A model generated the notes under the pieces. It was not told where the DNA came from. It saw only the letters and a list, made by a program, of their open reading frames with translations, and did no database searches. This document shows positions 1 through 9,287 of a DNA stretch of 64,000 nt, piece after piece (positions within the stretch are counted from its first letter, which is position 1; each line of letters opens with the position of its first letter). The translations under genes and the position numbers were made by a program. Source of the DNA: Candidatus Dormiibacterota bacterium (GTDB lineage: Bacteria; Chloroflexota; Dormibacteria; Aeolococcales; Bog-877); NCBI GenBank assembly GCA_963804565.1, contig CAWDQV010000001.1:1045365-1109364 (forward strand), in the 5' to 3' direction.

Positions 1-155
1 CCCACCTCTGGCGCGAAGAGGTGGAGGAGTTGATCCGGGACAACCCGACCACCCGGTTCATCCTCACCCACCTCTCCCAGCGACTCCCGACCAGGGGGGC
101 CATCTTGGCCACCGACGGGCTGGTGCTGCGGCTCAGGCCAGTCGCTGGGGGCTGA
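1..155 (+). CDS. C-terminal ~50 codons of a gene that starts upstream of the window; product unknown
   Basis: Open frame from position 3 reading ...EEVEELIRDNPTTRFILTHLSQRLP...LVLRLRPVAGG then TGA near 153-155. Protein-like composition with GC3 bias. No identifiable family from this fragment. Confidence 0.3.
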   Translation, partial: HLWREEVEELIRDNPTTRFILTHLSQRLPTRGAILATDGLVLRLRPVAGG

Positions 156-1260
156 ACGCCGCCAGCTCCGGAGGGTCGGTCCCCTCGAGCACGGCTCGAG
201 CGATCAGCTCTCCGGTGACCGGTGCCAATAGAACTCCGTTCCTGAAGTGGCCAGTCGCGAGCAGGATCCGCCCCCCCGTCTCAGTCCTGCCCAGGAGGGG
301 GCGGCCATCGGACGACTGGGGACGAAGACCGGCCCAGACGTAGGCAAATCGCGCCTCAGCCAGCTCCGGCAGTAGTTCGACCGCTGTCTCCGTAACCGAC
401 GCCACGCCCTCGGCGGTAGGCCAGGCCTGGTAGCCAGCATGCTCCTCGGTGGTTCCGGCCAGCACCAGCCCGGATCGCTTCTGGAGCACGTAGCCGTGAT
501 CACCGAACAGGATCACCGGAAGCACTGGTCGGCCCGGGTTCAGGGCTACGATCTGCCCCCGAATCGGCACCACCGGGGAGGTGCCCGCTGGCGTCGGCTC
601 CATCAACTGCCCACTCCAGCTTCCGGCGCAGAGCACCGCGTAGTCGGCGCCCTCAGTCCGGCCGTCGGCCAAGGAGAGGCGGGGGCCGTCGGGCCGGGGC
701 TCGATGGTAACCACCTCGGTGTCGGTCTCGATATCCGCTCGGTGCACCGCGCAAGCGGCGATCAGCGCCTCGACCACCCGGTGGCTGTGGACCTGCCAGT
801 CGTTGGGGTAGTGCAGCCCGGCCAGGGTCGAGGGGCCAAGTCCCGGCACCAGCTCGGAGAGCTGGGGCGGCTCCAAGAGCGCCGAGACCTCAACTCCGCG
901 GCGCCTCTGTAGCCCCGCCTGCTGCTCCAGCCGGCTGACGCCCTCCGGCGAGCTGGTGACACGCACCAGCCCGCTTCGGTCAAGTTCGCAGTCGACCCCG
1001 GTCGTGCGCAAGAGCTCGTCGGACCAGCTGGGCCAGAGCTCCCAGCTCGTCCGGCACAACTGCTGAAACGGGCCCGACTCGGTGGCCTCGGCACCGGAGG
1101 CAAGCATCCCGGCGGCCGCCGCCGAGGCGCCTTCGCCACACCGACCGCCCCGCTCCAACACCCGTACCTGGGCTCCCCTCCGGGCGAGGCTGACCGCGAC
1201 CGCCAGTCCCACCACGCCGCCACCAACGATCACACACTGAAGACGCTTGGCAGAGGTCAC
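133..1260 (-). CDS. FAD-dependent oxidoreductase, glycine oxidase (ThiO) / D-amino-acid oxidase family
   Basis: 375-aa ORF with an N-terminal dinucleotide-binding motif VIVGGGVVGLAVA. The rest resembles DAO/ThiO-type flavoproteins (HYPNDWQVH, GHFRNGVLLAP near the C-terminus). Confidence 0.75.
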   Translation of the reverse strand: MTSAKRLQCVIVGGGVVGLAVAVSLARRGAQVRVLERGGRCGEGASAAAAGMLASGAEATESGPFQQLCRTSWELWPSWSDELLRTTGVDCELDRSGLVRVTSSPEGVSRLEQQAGLQRRRGVEVSALLEPPQLSELVPGLGPSTLAGLHYPNDWQVHSHRVVEALIAACAVHRADIETDTEVVTIEPRPDGPRLSLADGRTEGADYAVLCAGSWSGQLMEPTPAGTSPVVPIRGQIVALNPGRPVLPVILFGDHGYVLQKRSGLVLAGTTEEHAGYQAWPTAEGVASVTETAVELLPELAEARFAYVWAGLRPQSSDGRPLLGRTETGGRILLATGHFRNGVLLAPVTGELIARAVLEGTDPPELAAFSPQRLA

Positions 1261-1302
1261 TCAACCGAGCATACGGGCCGTGAGGATTGGGCCAGGGGCG
1301 GC

Positions 1303-2565
1303 TCAGCTGCGGAGAGAACGACCCCACTCCGGCGGGACCGAGTCCAGACGGCCGACCTCGACCTCACTGGCCCCGACGAATTCGGCGAGCCGCTGAAGGG
1401 CTTCCTTGATCCCCGTCCCCACCCCAGCTCCCTGCGGGGCGCCGGGCTCAGCGTGGACGGCGACTGCGACAAGTCGGGCGCCCTGGCGGTCTCGGCGCAA
1501 GTCGACCCGGCCAATCAGTTGGTCCCGGTGGAGGATCGGCAGCACGTAGTACCCATACCTGCGCCGGTGGGCAGGCACGTAGATCTCCATCCGAAACTGG
1601 AATCCGAAGAGAGCCTCGGTCCTCGCCCGGGCAATGATCAGGTTGTCGAATGGCGAGAGCAAGGTGGTCGACGAGGGCAGCTGGGCAGCCTTCGGAAGGA
1701 GCGCCTCCACGTCGGCTCGGCGGGCCCACCAACGACCGGGCAGATGACCTGCAGGCCCCTTGATCGTGGTCTCTACCAGGACACCTCGTCGCTCGAGGCG
1801 GCCGAGGACGGCGCTCAACTTTCCGTCCAGGCCGGCCCCCATGTACTTACCGATCTGGACCTCGGTGGCCACCCCGAGGGCGCCCAGGGACCGTTCCGTC
1901 AGCTCCTCCGCCAGCCGAGGGGCGGAGGGCAGCGGCTGGCTACTTGTCGGTTGCAGCCAGCGTTCAGTCAGCTCCCAAAGCCGACCGCGGTAGTCCCTCC
2001 CGGCGATCGCGATCTTGCCCACAATCCAGAGGTGGAAGAGCATGCTCTCGACATCCCGTTCCACATCCCAGGTGGTCCGTCCTCGAACGCGGACCTCGCC
2101 CTCGAAGGCACGGGCGGGCAGCGGCCCCCCGTGGCGAAGCCGCGACAGGATCTGGTGTCGTAGCGGGCGGTTGGCCTCCAGCCAGCTTCGAAGTCGGCGT
2201 GCCCGGACGGTGTCGGCGCGCGCGTAGTCGCGCATGGCCCAGAGGTGGACCGGGTAGTTCCGAGCGGAGACTATGGCAGCGGCGTGGGCCCAGTACTCGA
2301 CGAGGGACCGATCCCGCCAGAGCGCTTGTTCCACGAGTGAGGGGTCAAAGGGGCCCAGCCTGCTCCAGAGCACCAACAGGTGGCTGGGGGCCACCACCGA
2401 GAGCGGGTCACGCTGCAGGTAGCCGATCTTGTCGACCAGACGGGTGACCGCGCCCGCGTCGGTGGTGGCGACCGAGCTGGACAGACCTTGGCCTGCCACG
2501 GCCATCCTCCGGGCCTGGGCTAGGGTCACCTCGAGAAGGCGAACGCTCTGTGCGGGTCCGGTCAA
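1303..2565 (-). CDS. winged-helix DNA-binding protein of the YcaQ/AlkZ (DUF1006) family, a putative interstrand-crosslink DNA glycosylase
   Basis: 420-aa ORF whose overall arrangement recalled the YcaQ/AlkZ family from memory. The family assignment needs an HMM search. Confidence 0.5.
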   Translation of the reverse strand: MTGPAQSVRLLEVTLAQARRMAVAGQGLSSSVATTDAGAVTRLVDKIGYLQRDPLSVVAPSHLLVLWSRLGPFDPSLVEQALWRDRSLVEYWAHAAAIVSARNYPVHLWAMRDYARADTVRARRLRSWLEANRPLRHQILSRLRHGGPLPARAFEGEVRVRGRTTWDVERDVESMLFHLWIVGKIAIAGRDYRGRLWELTERWLQPTSSQPLPSAPRLAEELTERSLGALGVATEVQIGKYMGAGLDGKLSAVLGRLERRGVLVETTIKGPAGHLPGRWWARRADVEALLPKAAQLPSSTTLLSPFDNLIIARARTEALFGFQFRMEIYVPAHRRRYGYYVLPILHRDQLIGRVDLRRDRQGARLVAVAVHAEPGAPQGAGVGTGIKEALQRLAEFVGASEVEVGRLDSVPPEWGRSLRS

Positions 2566-2610
2566 GTCGGTCCGATTCTGCCAGGGCTGAGCGAAGCGGT
2601 ACCGCTCAGC

Positions 2611-3573
2611 TCAGCTAGGCTGAGACTCCAGGTGTCCCAGGCAGGCGGCTTGGGCGGCCGACCACCAGGCAACGTTGTCCAGCCGGGCCAGCTCAGCCTC
2701 GGCCGCCTCCTTGGCCACCTGGCGTTCCAGCTCAACCCGGAGCGCCATCCGGCGGAGCGCCGGGCGCAGCTCGTGACGTAGCTCCCGGGACGAACCCTCG
2801 ATCCACTCGGCCAAGACAACCAGGTCGTGAAAGCGCCCCAAAAGGCCCTGCAACTCGCGAAGTTCCTGCAGCACCGTCTGGTGCCCCACATCCAACAGGG
2901 GGGCGAAGAGCTCGATCCGGTAGCGCAACTTGCGAATCTCGCTCCGCCTGCGGTGGAGATCGGCCTCCGTGCGGGCAGCTCGCCGAGCCCGTTTGAACAA
3001 GCGGGGCAACTGCCGATGAGCGAGCGCCACCCCGGAAGGGGTGGAGATGAACTTCAGGAAGTCGGGGGGCCGAGCTGCCCGCTGGTAGCGACGGAAGGCC
3101 CCGGCGGCGAGAGCGACATGTCGGAGCTCGCCGATCTCGGCGGCGGTGTTGTCCGCAAGGGTTCGCCGCGCCTCCATCTCCAGGCCCCTGAGTCCAGGCC
3201 TGATCACGTGGGAGGAGTCGGAGACCACCGAGCCGACCCGGCCCCGCGCGGTCCGAGGATCGTCACTCCGGTCGCGGGAGACAGCGACCGGCCCCAGCAC
3301 CTCGTCCAACAACTCCAACCGCACCTCGGCGTCGCGCAGAGCACCCAACTCCTTCTCGGCGCGGCGCAGCTGCCGCTGCCATTTGTCGGGCCGTCTCAGG
3401 CAGGCGGCGAATCCCACCGCGGCAGCACGTAGCCGGCGCAGGGCAACCCGGGCATCGTGGGAAGCCTGGGCATCGCTGGCCAGAGGCAGGCGGGCCAGCG
3501 CCCAGCGAAATTTCTCCGCCCGTTCATCGATGGTGGCGACCGCAAGCTCCCGGCTATCCACCGCCTCAGCCAA
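2611..3573 (-). CDS. CHAD domain-containing protein
   Basis: 320-aa helical protein, rich in Arg, Leu and conserved His (e.g. SHDARVALRRLRAA). The CHAD domain is associated with polyphosphate. It overlaps the upstream ppx gene by 8 nt, suggesting co-translation. Confidence 0.65.
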   Translation of the reverse strand: MAEAVDSRELAVATIDERAEKFRWALARLPLASDAQASHDARVALRRLRAAAVGFAACLRRPDKWQRQLRRAEKELGALRDAEVRLELLDEVLGPVAVSRDRSDDPRTARGRVGSVVSDSSHVIRPGLRGLEMEARRTLADNTAAEIGELRHVALAAGAFRRYQRAARPPDFLKFISTPSGVALAHRQLPRLFKRARRAARTEADLHRRRSEIRKLRYRIELFAPLLDVGHQTVLQELRELQGLLGRFHDLVVLAEWIEGSSRELRHELRPALRRMALRVELERQVAKEAAEAELARLDNVAWWSAAQAACLGHLESQPS

Positions 3574-4585
3574 CTTGGGCCGGAAGCGGAACGATAGCCT
3601 CTTCCTCCTCCTCCACCGAGTCGGAGGCGCGCCGCTGCCACCAACGCTCCTGAGCGGCGGCGAGTGCCGCGATCATGCCGTCCCGGAGGCCGCGCTCCGA
3701 GCTCCGTACCCAGCTCAGGTGGAGCAGGTCCATCATCTGGGCGAGAATCAGCGCCCCACCTCGGCAGAGACGGGTTCTCTCCAGGTCGACTCCCGAACGC
3801 TCCGCCAACTCTGTCGCCGAGCGATGGCGGAAGTTCTCGATGATCACCTCCACATCGCGGATTCTCAGCACCGCCCCACGCTGCTTGCCCAGCAGTCTGG
3901 GGAGGTTTGTGATCGTCCCGCCGGTCCCCAGTGCCACCGGGTGGGCTGGTAGCGGGATCAGATCGGGGATCAGCTGGTCCACCCGCCGCTCCATCGCCCT
4001 CCAGTCGTCCTCGCTAGGCGGGTCGGAACTCGCCAGGAGAGCGACCGACCCGGATCCAATTCCAAGTGAACTGTTTCGACAGGTTCCCCCGGCGGGTCCA
4101 GCCGCGATCTGGGCTGAGGCCCCGCCGATGTCCAGGACCACCGTTGGGCGCCCCGGGGAGATGGTCATGGTCGCGCCGTCGAAGGCTAGCTGGGCCTCTA
4201 CCTCGGAAGCGAGGATCCGCACTGGGCCGGCTCCAGCGGCTTGGCTCAACAGCTGGGCGACTTCGGGTCCGTTGGACGCCGAGCGCAGCGCCTGGGTCGC
4301 CCCGATGGCGATTTCCACGACTCCAGCCTCACGGGCGACCTCCACCTGGCGTCGCAGCGAGCGGCTGGCGAGCTCCAGACGCTCGACCCCGATCGATCCT
4401 TGGGAGTTGACGTCCTGGCCGAGCTGTACGAAGTCACGGCGTCGCAAAAGGGGAATTGGCAGTCGGTTCGGCGGGCACCTCGCCACCAACAGGTGAATCG
4501 TGTTGCTCCCGACATCGATGGCGGCGAGGCGAGGCGCTCGCACCACGCGGGAACCTCCCCCGGGGCTGCCGCTGCTCAAGTGCAT
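3566..4585 (-). CDS. ppx: Ppx/GppA family exopolyphosphatase / guanosine pentaphosphate phosphohydrolase
   Basis: 339-aa ORF with the N-terminal ASKHA motif AAIDVGSNTIHLLVA and the later DIGGGS-like motif VLDIGGAS. The true start may be a few codons in. Confidence 0.85.
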   Translation of the reverse strand: MHLSSGSPGGGSRVVRAPRLAAIDVGSNTIHLLVARCPPNRLPIPLLRRRDFVQLGQDVNSQGSIGVERLELASRSLRRQVEVAREAGVVEIAIGATQALRSASNGPEVAQLLSQAAGAGPVRILASEVEAQLAFDGATMTISPGRPTVVLDIGGASAQIAAGPAGGTCRNSSLGIGSGSVALLASSDPPSEDDWRAMERRVDQLIPDLIPLPAHPVALGTGGTITNLPRLLGKQRGAVLRIRDVEVIIENFRHRSATELAERSGVDLERTRLCRGGALILAQMMDLLHLSWVRSSERGLRDGMIAALAAAQERWWQRRASDSVEEEEEAIVPLPAQVG

Positions 4586-4658
4586 CTCCGGGGCGCTGGC
4601 ATCTGGTTAGTTTGCGCCCTTCGAGCAGGGGGGCCGTCTCTATACTTCTGAGATCGGC

Positions 4659-5168
4659 GTGCGCAGTTTCTATCTCGTTCGACACGCGATTGCCCGTGAG
4701 CGGGATGGTTGGCCACAACCGGACCACCTACGTCCCCTTAATGATCTCGGCTGGCGCCAGGCAGTGGTCTTGGCCGAACTACTGGCCGACGCCGGGATCG
4801 AAGCCCACTACAGCAGTCCAACCCTGCGCTGCCGCGACACCCTATTACCGCTGGCGCATGGTGCGGGCCTCCAGGTCCAGGACGACACTCGACTTCTCGA
4901 GGGAGGGCTCGCGCTTGACCAGGAGGGAGCCGAGGTTGAACTGCGGGCGCTGATCAAGGCCTACTTTGCGTCTGGCTCCCGGCGTGTCGCCGCCTGCAGT
5001 CACGGTGACGTGATTCCGCCACTGCTGGAGGCAGCCGGCGCCGCGCCTGGGTCCCGCTGCCCGAAGGGAGGCGTGTGGCGGCTGGACTTGCCGGACGACA
5101 GGGACCGGGTGTCCCAGGCGGTGTACCTCGGCCGTCCGGACCCCGGTGGAGGCTGGGACCAGCGATGA
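4659..5168 (+). CDS. sixA: histidine phosphatase family protein (SixA-like phosphohistidine phosphatase)
   Basis: 169-aa ORF with an N-terminal RHA catalytic motif (LVRHAIAR) and a later SHGDVIPPLL histidine-phosphatase motif. Its stop overlaps the start of the downstream histidine kinase (ATGA). Confidence 0.7.
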   Translation: MRSFYLVRHAIARERDGWPQPDHLRPLNDLGWRQAVVLAELLADAGIEAHYSSPTLRCRDTLLPLAHGAGLQVQDDTRLLEGGLALDQEGAEVELRALIKAYFASGSRRVAACSHGDVIPPLLEAAGAAPGSRCPKGGVWRLDLPDDRDRVSQAVYLGRPDPGGGWDQR

Positions 5169-6262
5169 GCCGGGCCGGCTCATCCGCTCCGCGTACTTCA
5201 ACTCTTCCCGATGGAGCGGACCAGCTGCTCAGCCGTCTGACTGAACTGGGGTCCGACGCAGTGCTGGTGCTGGACCCATCCCGCAAGGTGGTGTGGTCCA
5301 GCACCAACGCTCCGGCCCTGCTCGCGGGGCCCCGTCCGGACGAGGGCGGAGACGCTACGCCGCCATTGGCCGCCAGCTCCCCTCTCGCCCAAGTCCTCGA
5401 CGATCCTCGGGCGGCGGACCTTGTGGCCGAAGTCCTCTCCACCGGATCGGTCGCCCGGGGAGAGTTGCTGCAGAACGAATGGCGGCGGATCCTGAAGGCG
5501 GTGGCCGCTCCTCTACAGCTCTCCGACGGGACCCGTCAGGTGATCCTGATCCTCACCGACATAACTCCAGAGAGGAGGCTCAACCGGGCGCACCAGGAAC
5601 TGATCGCCAACCTGTCGCACGACCTGCGAACGCCCCTTGCCAGCTTGCGCTTGATGGCGGAGACCCTGACCGGCGAGGCCCGAGACGACCGCGACGCGAG
5701 CCAGCTCTTCGCGACCCGGATCGCTGCGGAAGCGGAGCGCCTTCACGCGCTGGTGGAAGGAATTCTCGACCTGAGCCGCCTGGAAGCGGGCGTAGACCGG
5801 GCCGAAATCGAGCAAGTGGACCTGTGGCAGACGGTTTCCGCCACCGTTCAGGAGCTGAGGCCGCAGGCCAAGGAACGGAAGCTCACCCTTACGGTGAGGG
5901 GACATCCCACCGGGGCCCTCGCCGACTCGGCGCGGTTGGGTCGCGCCCTCACCAACGTGGTGGACAACGCCATCAAGTTCACATCCTCCCCTGGCGCGGT
6001 CACGGTGACCGTTGGCGAGACCAGCGGCCGGCCGACGATCTCGGTTCGAGATACCGGCTCGGGCATCCCTGCGAGCAAGCTCCCTCTCATCTTCGATCGC
6101 TTCTACACCGGTGACCGTTCCCGGAGCGGGCGCAGCAGCGGCCTGGGGCTGACCATCGCCAAGCAGGCCGTCGAGCTTCAAGGCGGCGAGATAGAGGTTC
6201 GCAGCTCACCCGGACAGGGAACACTGGTAAGGATCGTTCTGCGCCCTTCATCAACGGGGTGA
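5165..6262 (+). CDS. PAS-domain sensor histidine kinase (PhoR/SenX3-like)
   Basis: H-box ELIANLSHDLRTPLASLRL, N/G-box region TNVVDNAIKF, and G2 box GSGIPASKL...GLGLTIAK. The start was placed at the ATG at 5165 (MSRAGSS...), which overlaps the sixA stop. The longer listed ORF start at 5075 would overlap sixA in another frame. Confidence 0.85.
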   Translation: MSRAGSSAPRTSTLPDGADQLLSRLTELGSDAVLVLDPSRKVVWSSTNAPALLAGPRPDEGGDATPPLAASSPLAQVLDDPRAADLVAEVLSTGSVARGELLQNEWRRILKAVAAPLQLSDGTRQVILILTDITPERRLNRAHQELIANLSHDLRTPLASLRLMAETLTGEARDDRDASQLFATRIAAEAERLHALVEGILDLSRLEAGVDRAEIEQVDLWQTVSATVQELRPQAKERKLTLTVRGHPTGALADSARLGRALTNVVDNAIKFTSSPGAVTVTVGETSGRPTISVRDTGSGIPASKLPLIFDRFYTGDRSRSGRSSGLGLTIAKQAVELQGGEIEVRSSPGQGTLVRIVLRPSSTG

Positions 6263-6291
6263 GGGCGATCTGGGTCGATTAAGATCGGGCC

Positions 6292-6954
6292 GTGGTCACT
6301 GCTCTTTCGGATGACTTCGGCGCCGATCTAGTCGCGCTCCGCGATGGCGTGAGGGTCCTGGGCGGCATGGTGGCCGAAGGCGTCGCCAGCGCGATGACCG
6401 GGCTCGAGGCTCGCGATGGCGACCGACTGCGCGCCGTAGTGGCCGGCGACGCCGCGGTCAACGAGCGGCACCTGCTGGAGCGAGAGCGGGGGCTGGCACT
6501 GCTGGCGGCGCAGCACCCGACCGGGCATGAGCTCAACGAGGTCTTCGGCCTGATGCTGATGACGTCCGAGCTGGAGCGGATGGGCGACCACGCCAAGAGT
6601 TGCGCCCGCTACGCACTGCCCCTGATCGAGCTCAGTTCACGACCCCGGCTGGACACGATCCTGCGCATGGGCGGGTATGTCGAGGAGCAGGTGCGTGACA
6701 TCCTGGTGGCGGTCACCACCAGCGATCATCGCCGAGCCCAGGACATCGCGGCCCGCGACGACCGAATCGACCGCATCTACCACCGAATCTTCGACGAGAT
6801 GGTCGAGACCATGCGGTCCCAGCCCGATTGGGTTTACCCGGGCACCAACCTGATCTTCATCGCCCACAACCTGGAGCGCATCGCCGACCGGGTCACCAAC
6901 ATCGCCGAGGACGTCGTCTTCCTCGCGACCGGTCGCCTGACCGAGCTGGGCTAG
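6292..6954 (+). CDS. phoU: phosphate signalling complex protein PhoU
   Basis: 220-aa two-repeat helical protein with the characteristic PhoU repeats (ELERMGDHAKSCARY and NLERIADRVTNIAEDVVF). Confidence 0.9.
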   Translation: MVTALSDDFGADLVALRDGVRVLGGMVAEGVASAMTGLEARDGDRLRAVVAGDAAVNERHLLERERGLALLAAQHPTGHELNEVFGLMLMTSELERMGDHAKSCARYALPLIELSSRPRLDTILRMGGYVEEQVRDILVAVTTSDHRRAQDIAARDDRIDRIYHRIFDEMVETMRSQPDWVYPGTNLIFIAHNLERIADRVTNIAEDVVFLATGRLTELG

Positions 6955-7695
6955 ATGGCGGAGGTCGCGGCTCCCGCAGGTTCGGGCCGGAGGGTCCTCC
7001 TGGTGGAGGACGACGAGGCGGTCCGGATGACCTTGCGCTACAACCTGGCGGCGAGCGGATATGTGGTTCTCGAGGCGGCCAGTGGAACCAAGGGCCTGGA
7101 GCTTGCTCGCACCCGGGCGCCCGATCTGGTTGTGCTTGACCTGATGCTGCCCGAGCTGACCGGCGAGGAGGTCTGCCGGATCCTGCGCAAGGAATCTGAC
7201 GTTCCGATACTGATGCTCACCGCCCGGGGCTCCGAGGGTGAGAAGGTGCAGGGACTGGCCCTCGGCGCCGACGACTACATGACCAAGCCGTTTGGGGTCA
7301 AGGAGTTCGTCGCCCGAGTGGAGGCACTGATCCGCCGGGCAGAGCGTCCCCCGCGGCCATCCACCCGCCCCGAGCGTGTCCAGCTTGGAGACTTCGTCCT
7401 GGATGCCTCGGCCCGGCGCGTGGTGATCGCGGACCAGGAGGTGAAGATGAGCCCCCGGGAGTTCAACCTGCTCTTCTATCTGCTGGAGCACGCAGGCAAG
7501 GTGCACAGCCGTGAGGCGCTGCTGCGCTCGGTGTGGGGAGCCGACTTCCACGGCGACAACAAGACCGTGGCGGTACACATCCGATGGCTTCGCGAGAAGT
7601 TCGAGAACTTCCCCACCATGCCTTTCCGCATCAGCACCGTCTTCGGGGTCGGCTACCGCGTCGACCTGGCTCCCGGGATCACCGCCGAGAGGTGA
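6955..7695 (+). CDS. OmpR/PhoB-family DNA-binding response regulator (PhoB/RegX3-like)
   Basis: Receiver domain (LLVEDDEAV...DLVVLDLMLP...ADDYMTKPF) plus a winged-helix output domain (LTPREFNLLFYLLEHAGKVHSREALL). The start ATG overlaps the phoU stop. Confidence 0.9.
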   Translation: MAEVAAPAGSGRRVLLVEDDEAVRMTLRYNLAASGYVVLEAASGTKGLELARTRAPDLVVLDLMLPELTGEEVCRILRKESDVPILMLTARGSEGEKVQGLALGADDYMTKPFGVKEFVARVEALIRRAERPPRPSTRPERVQLGDFVLDASARRVVIADQEVKMSPREFNLLFYLLEHAGKVHSREALLRSVWGADFHGDNKTVAVHIRWLREKFENFPTMPFRISTVFGVGYRVDLAPGITAER

Positions 7696-7864
7696 CCGGC
7701 GCACCGATGGTGCGATGCCCCACCCCCCTTCGCCCGGAGAGTCGCTGCGGGTCGGGCAGCGGGCCGGTGGTGGCACCTGGAGTAGGCTGCGCCAGATTGG
7801 GGCATGCTGGGGTAGGGGACGTACGCCGTCGGTGGTAGCGTTTGACGTCCACTTGATTTGAGGT

Positions 7865-8527
7865 GTGGTGGCTATGAGTTTCTTCAGCTCCAAGACGACG
7901 ATGCCGGCATCTGAGCGGTCCCTGCCCGGGCGCACCACGGAGATGGCCTTGAGCGGCAAGCACACCGTTCTGGGCAGCAACATCACGCCGCCATTCCCAG
8001 CTGGGCTCGAGCAAGCCATCTTCGGCCTAGGCTGCTTCTGGGGAGCGGAGCGGGACTTCTGGCAGCTGGCGGGGGTCTACACCACCGCGGTTGGCTACAG
8101 CGGCGGGTTGACCCCCAACCCGACCTACCGGGAAGTTTGCTCAGGTCAGACCGGCCACGCGGAGGTGGTGCTGGTGGTGTTCGACCCTGCCAAGGTGTCG
8201 TACCAGCAGCTGCTCAAGACCTTCTGGGAGAGCCACGACCCAACTCAGGGCATGCGCCAAGGGAACGACGTCGGGACACAGTATCGGTCGGTTATCTATT
8301 TCAGCAGCGAGGCGCAGCAACAGAGCGCCGAGGCGTCAAAAGAGCAGTATCAGAAGGCTCTCACCGACGCGAGGCTCGGACAGATCACCACCGAAATCGT
8401 GGGGGCGGGGCCGTTCTACTACGCCGAGGAGTACCACCAGCAGTACCTGGACAAGAACAAGAGCGGGTACTGTGGTGTGGGTGGAACCGGGGTCAGCTGC
8501 CCCGTAGGAATCCTGTCCGCGTCCTGA
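7865..8527 (+). CDS. msrA: peptide methionine sulfoxide reductase MsrA
   Basis: Catalytic motif GLGCFWGAE and the conserved YHQQYL C-terminal region. The start is uncertain (ATG at 7865 or a few codons downstream). Confidence 0.9.
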   Translation: MVAMSFFSSKTTMPASERSLPGRTTEMALSGKHTVLGSNITPPFPAGLEQAIFGLGCFWGAERDFWQLAGVYTTAVGYSGGLTPNPTYREVCSGQTGHAEVVLVVFDPAKVSYQQLLKTFWESHDPTQGMRQGNDVGTQYRSVIYFSSEAQQQSAEASKEQYQKALTDARLGQITTEIVGAGPFYYAEEYHQQYLDKNKSGYCGVGGTGVSCPVGILSAS

Positions 8528-8749
8528 TCCCACGACCGTATCTGTCGTGCGACTCGAGTAGAGGTGAGACGCCGCCTCGCCTAGGACCCGCTCGCGCGGA
8601 AGCTGGCGCAAGCCGTCGTGCGGACGGCTGCAATGTCAACCGCGGCGACAACGAGTTTGCAACCAGCTCGCCGGCTCGCACAGCGCGACCACGCGCGCCC
8701 TGCCCTGATGTCTCCACCGTCGCCAACCTGAGCGGACTACAGTATTCCG

Positions 8750-9175
8750 ATGCTCCGTTGTAGTCCGTTTCTGTTGTTCGACGGCAACTGCGCGGAGGCG
8801 ATGACCTTTTACCACCATTGTCTTGGTGGGGAGCTGACTCTCGCAAAGCTGGGCGACTCACCAATGAAGGACCACCTACCTGCGGACCAGCACGAGAAGA
8901 TGATCAACGCCCATCTGAAGAGTGGCGGTATCAGTATCTCGGCGGCTGACTGGATGGCGTCGCCCGCGTTTGATCCGGTGCTCGGCAACATGTCGGCCAT
9001 CTTTGTCATCGGTGGGGTAGGCGATGAAATGAGGTCGGTGTTTGACAAGCTGGCTGACGGTGCGGACCGCCAGAGGTTCCAGGAATTGCACGATCTTCCT
9101 ATCGGAACCTACGGCCAGTTCTATGACAGATTTGGGGTTCAGTGGATCTTCCTGAATCAGCGGAGCGGAGGCTGA
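8750..9175 (+). CDS. VOC/glyoxalase-superfamily protein (PhnB/YjdN-like)
   Basis: 141-aa ORF with the N-terminal LLFDGNCAEAMTFY motif typical of PhnB-like VOC proteins. Confidence 0.65.
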   Translation: MLRCSPFLLFDGNCAEAMTFYHHCLGGELTLAKLGDSPMKDHLPADQHEKMINAHLKSGGISISAADWMASPAFDPVLGNMSAIFVIGGVGDEMRSVFDKLADGADRQRFQELHDLPIGTYGQFYDRFGVQWIFLNQRSGG

Positions 9176-9287
9176 CCCAACCGTCACCGCGGCGAACCAT
9201 CAGTGCACCGATATCTGATTCTTGCTGCGCGCCCGAAGTGCGCGACAATTGGGTCGGGCACAAGTCGGCGGGACCAAGGAGGAAGTA

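Noticed and set aside
6637-8019. 460-aa ORF on the minus strand spanning phoU, the response regulator and the msrA upstream region
   Set aside because: It is antisense to three well-supported genes with clear domain motifs. Its translation is Arg/Gly/Pro-rich low-complexity sequence typical of spurious long ORFs in 70% GC DNA.
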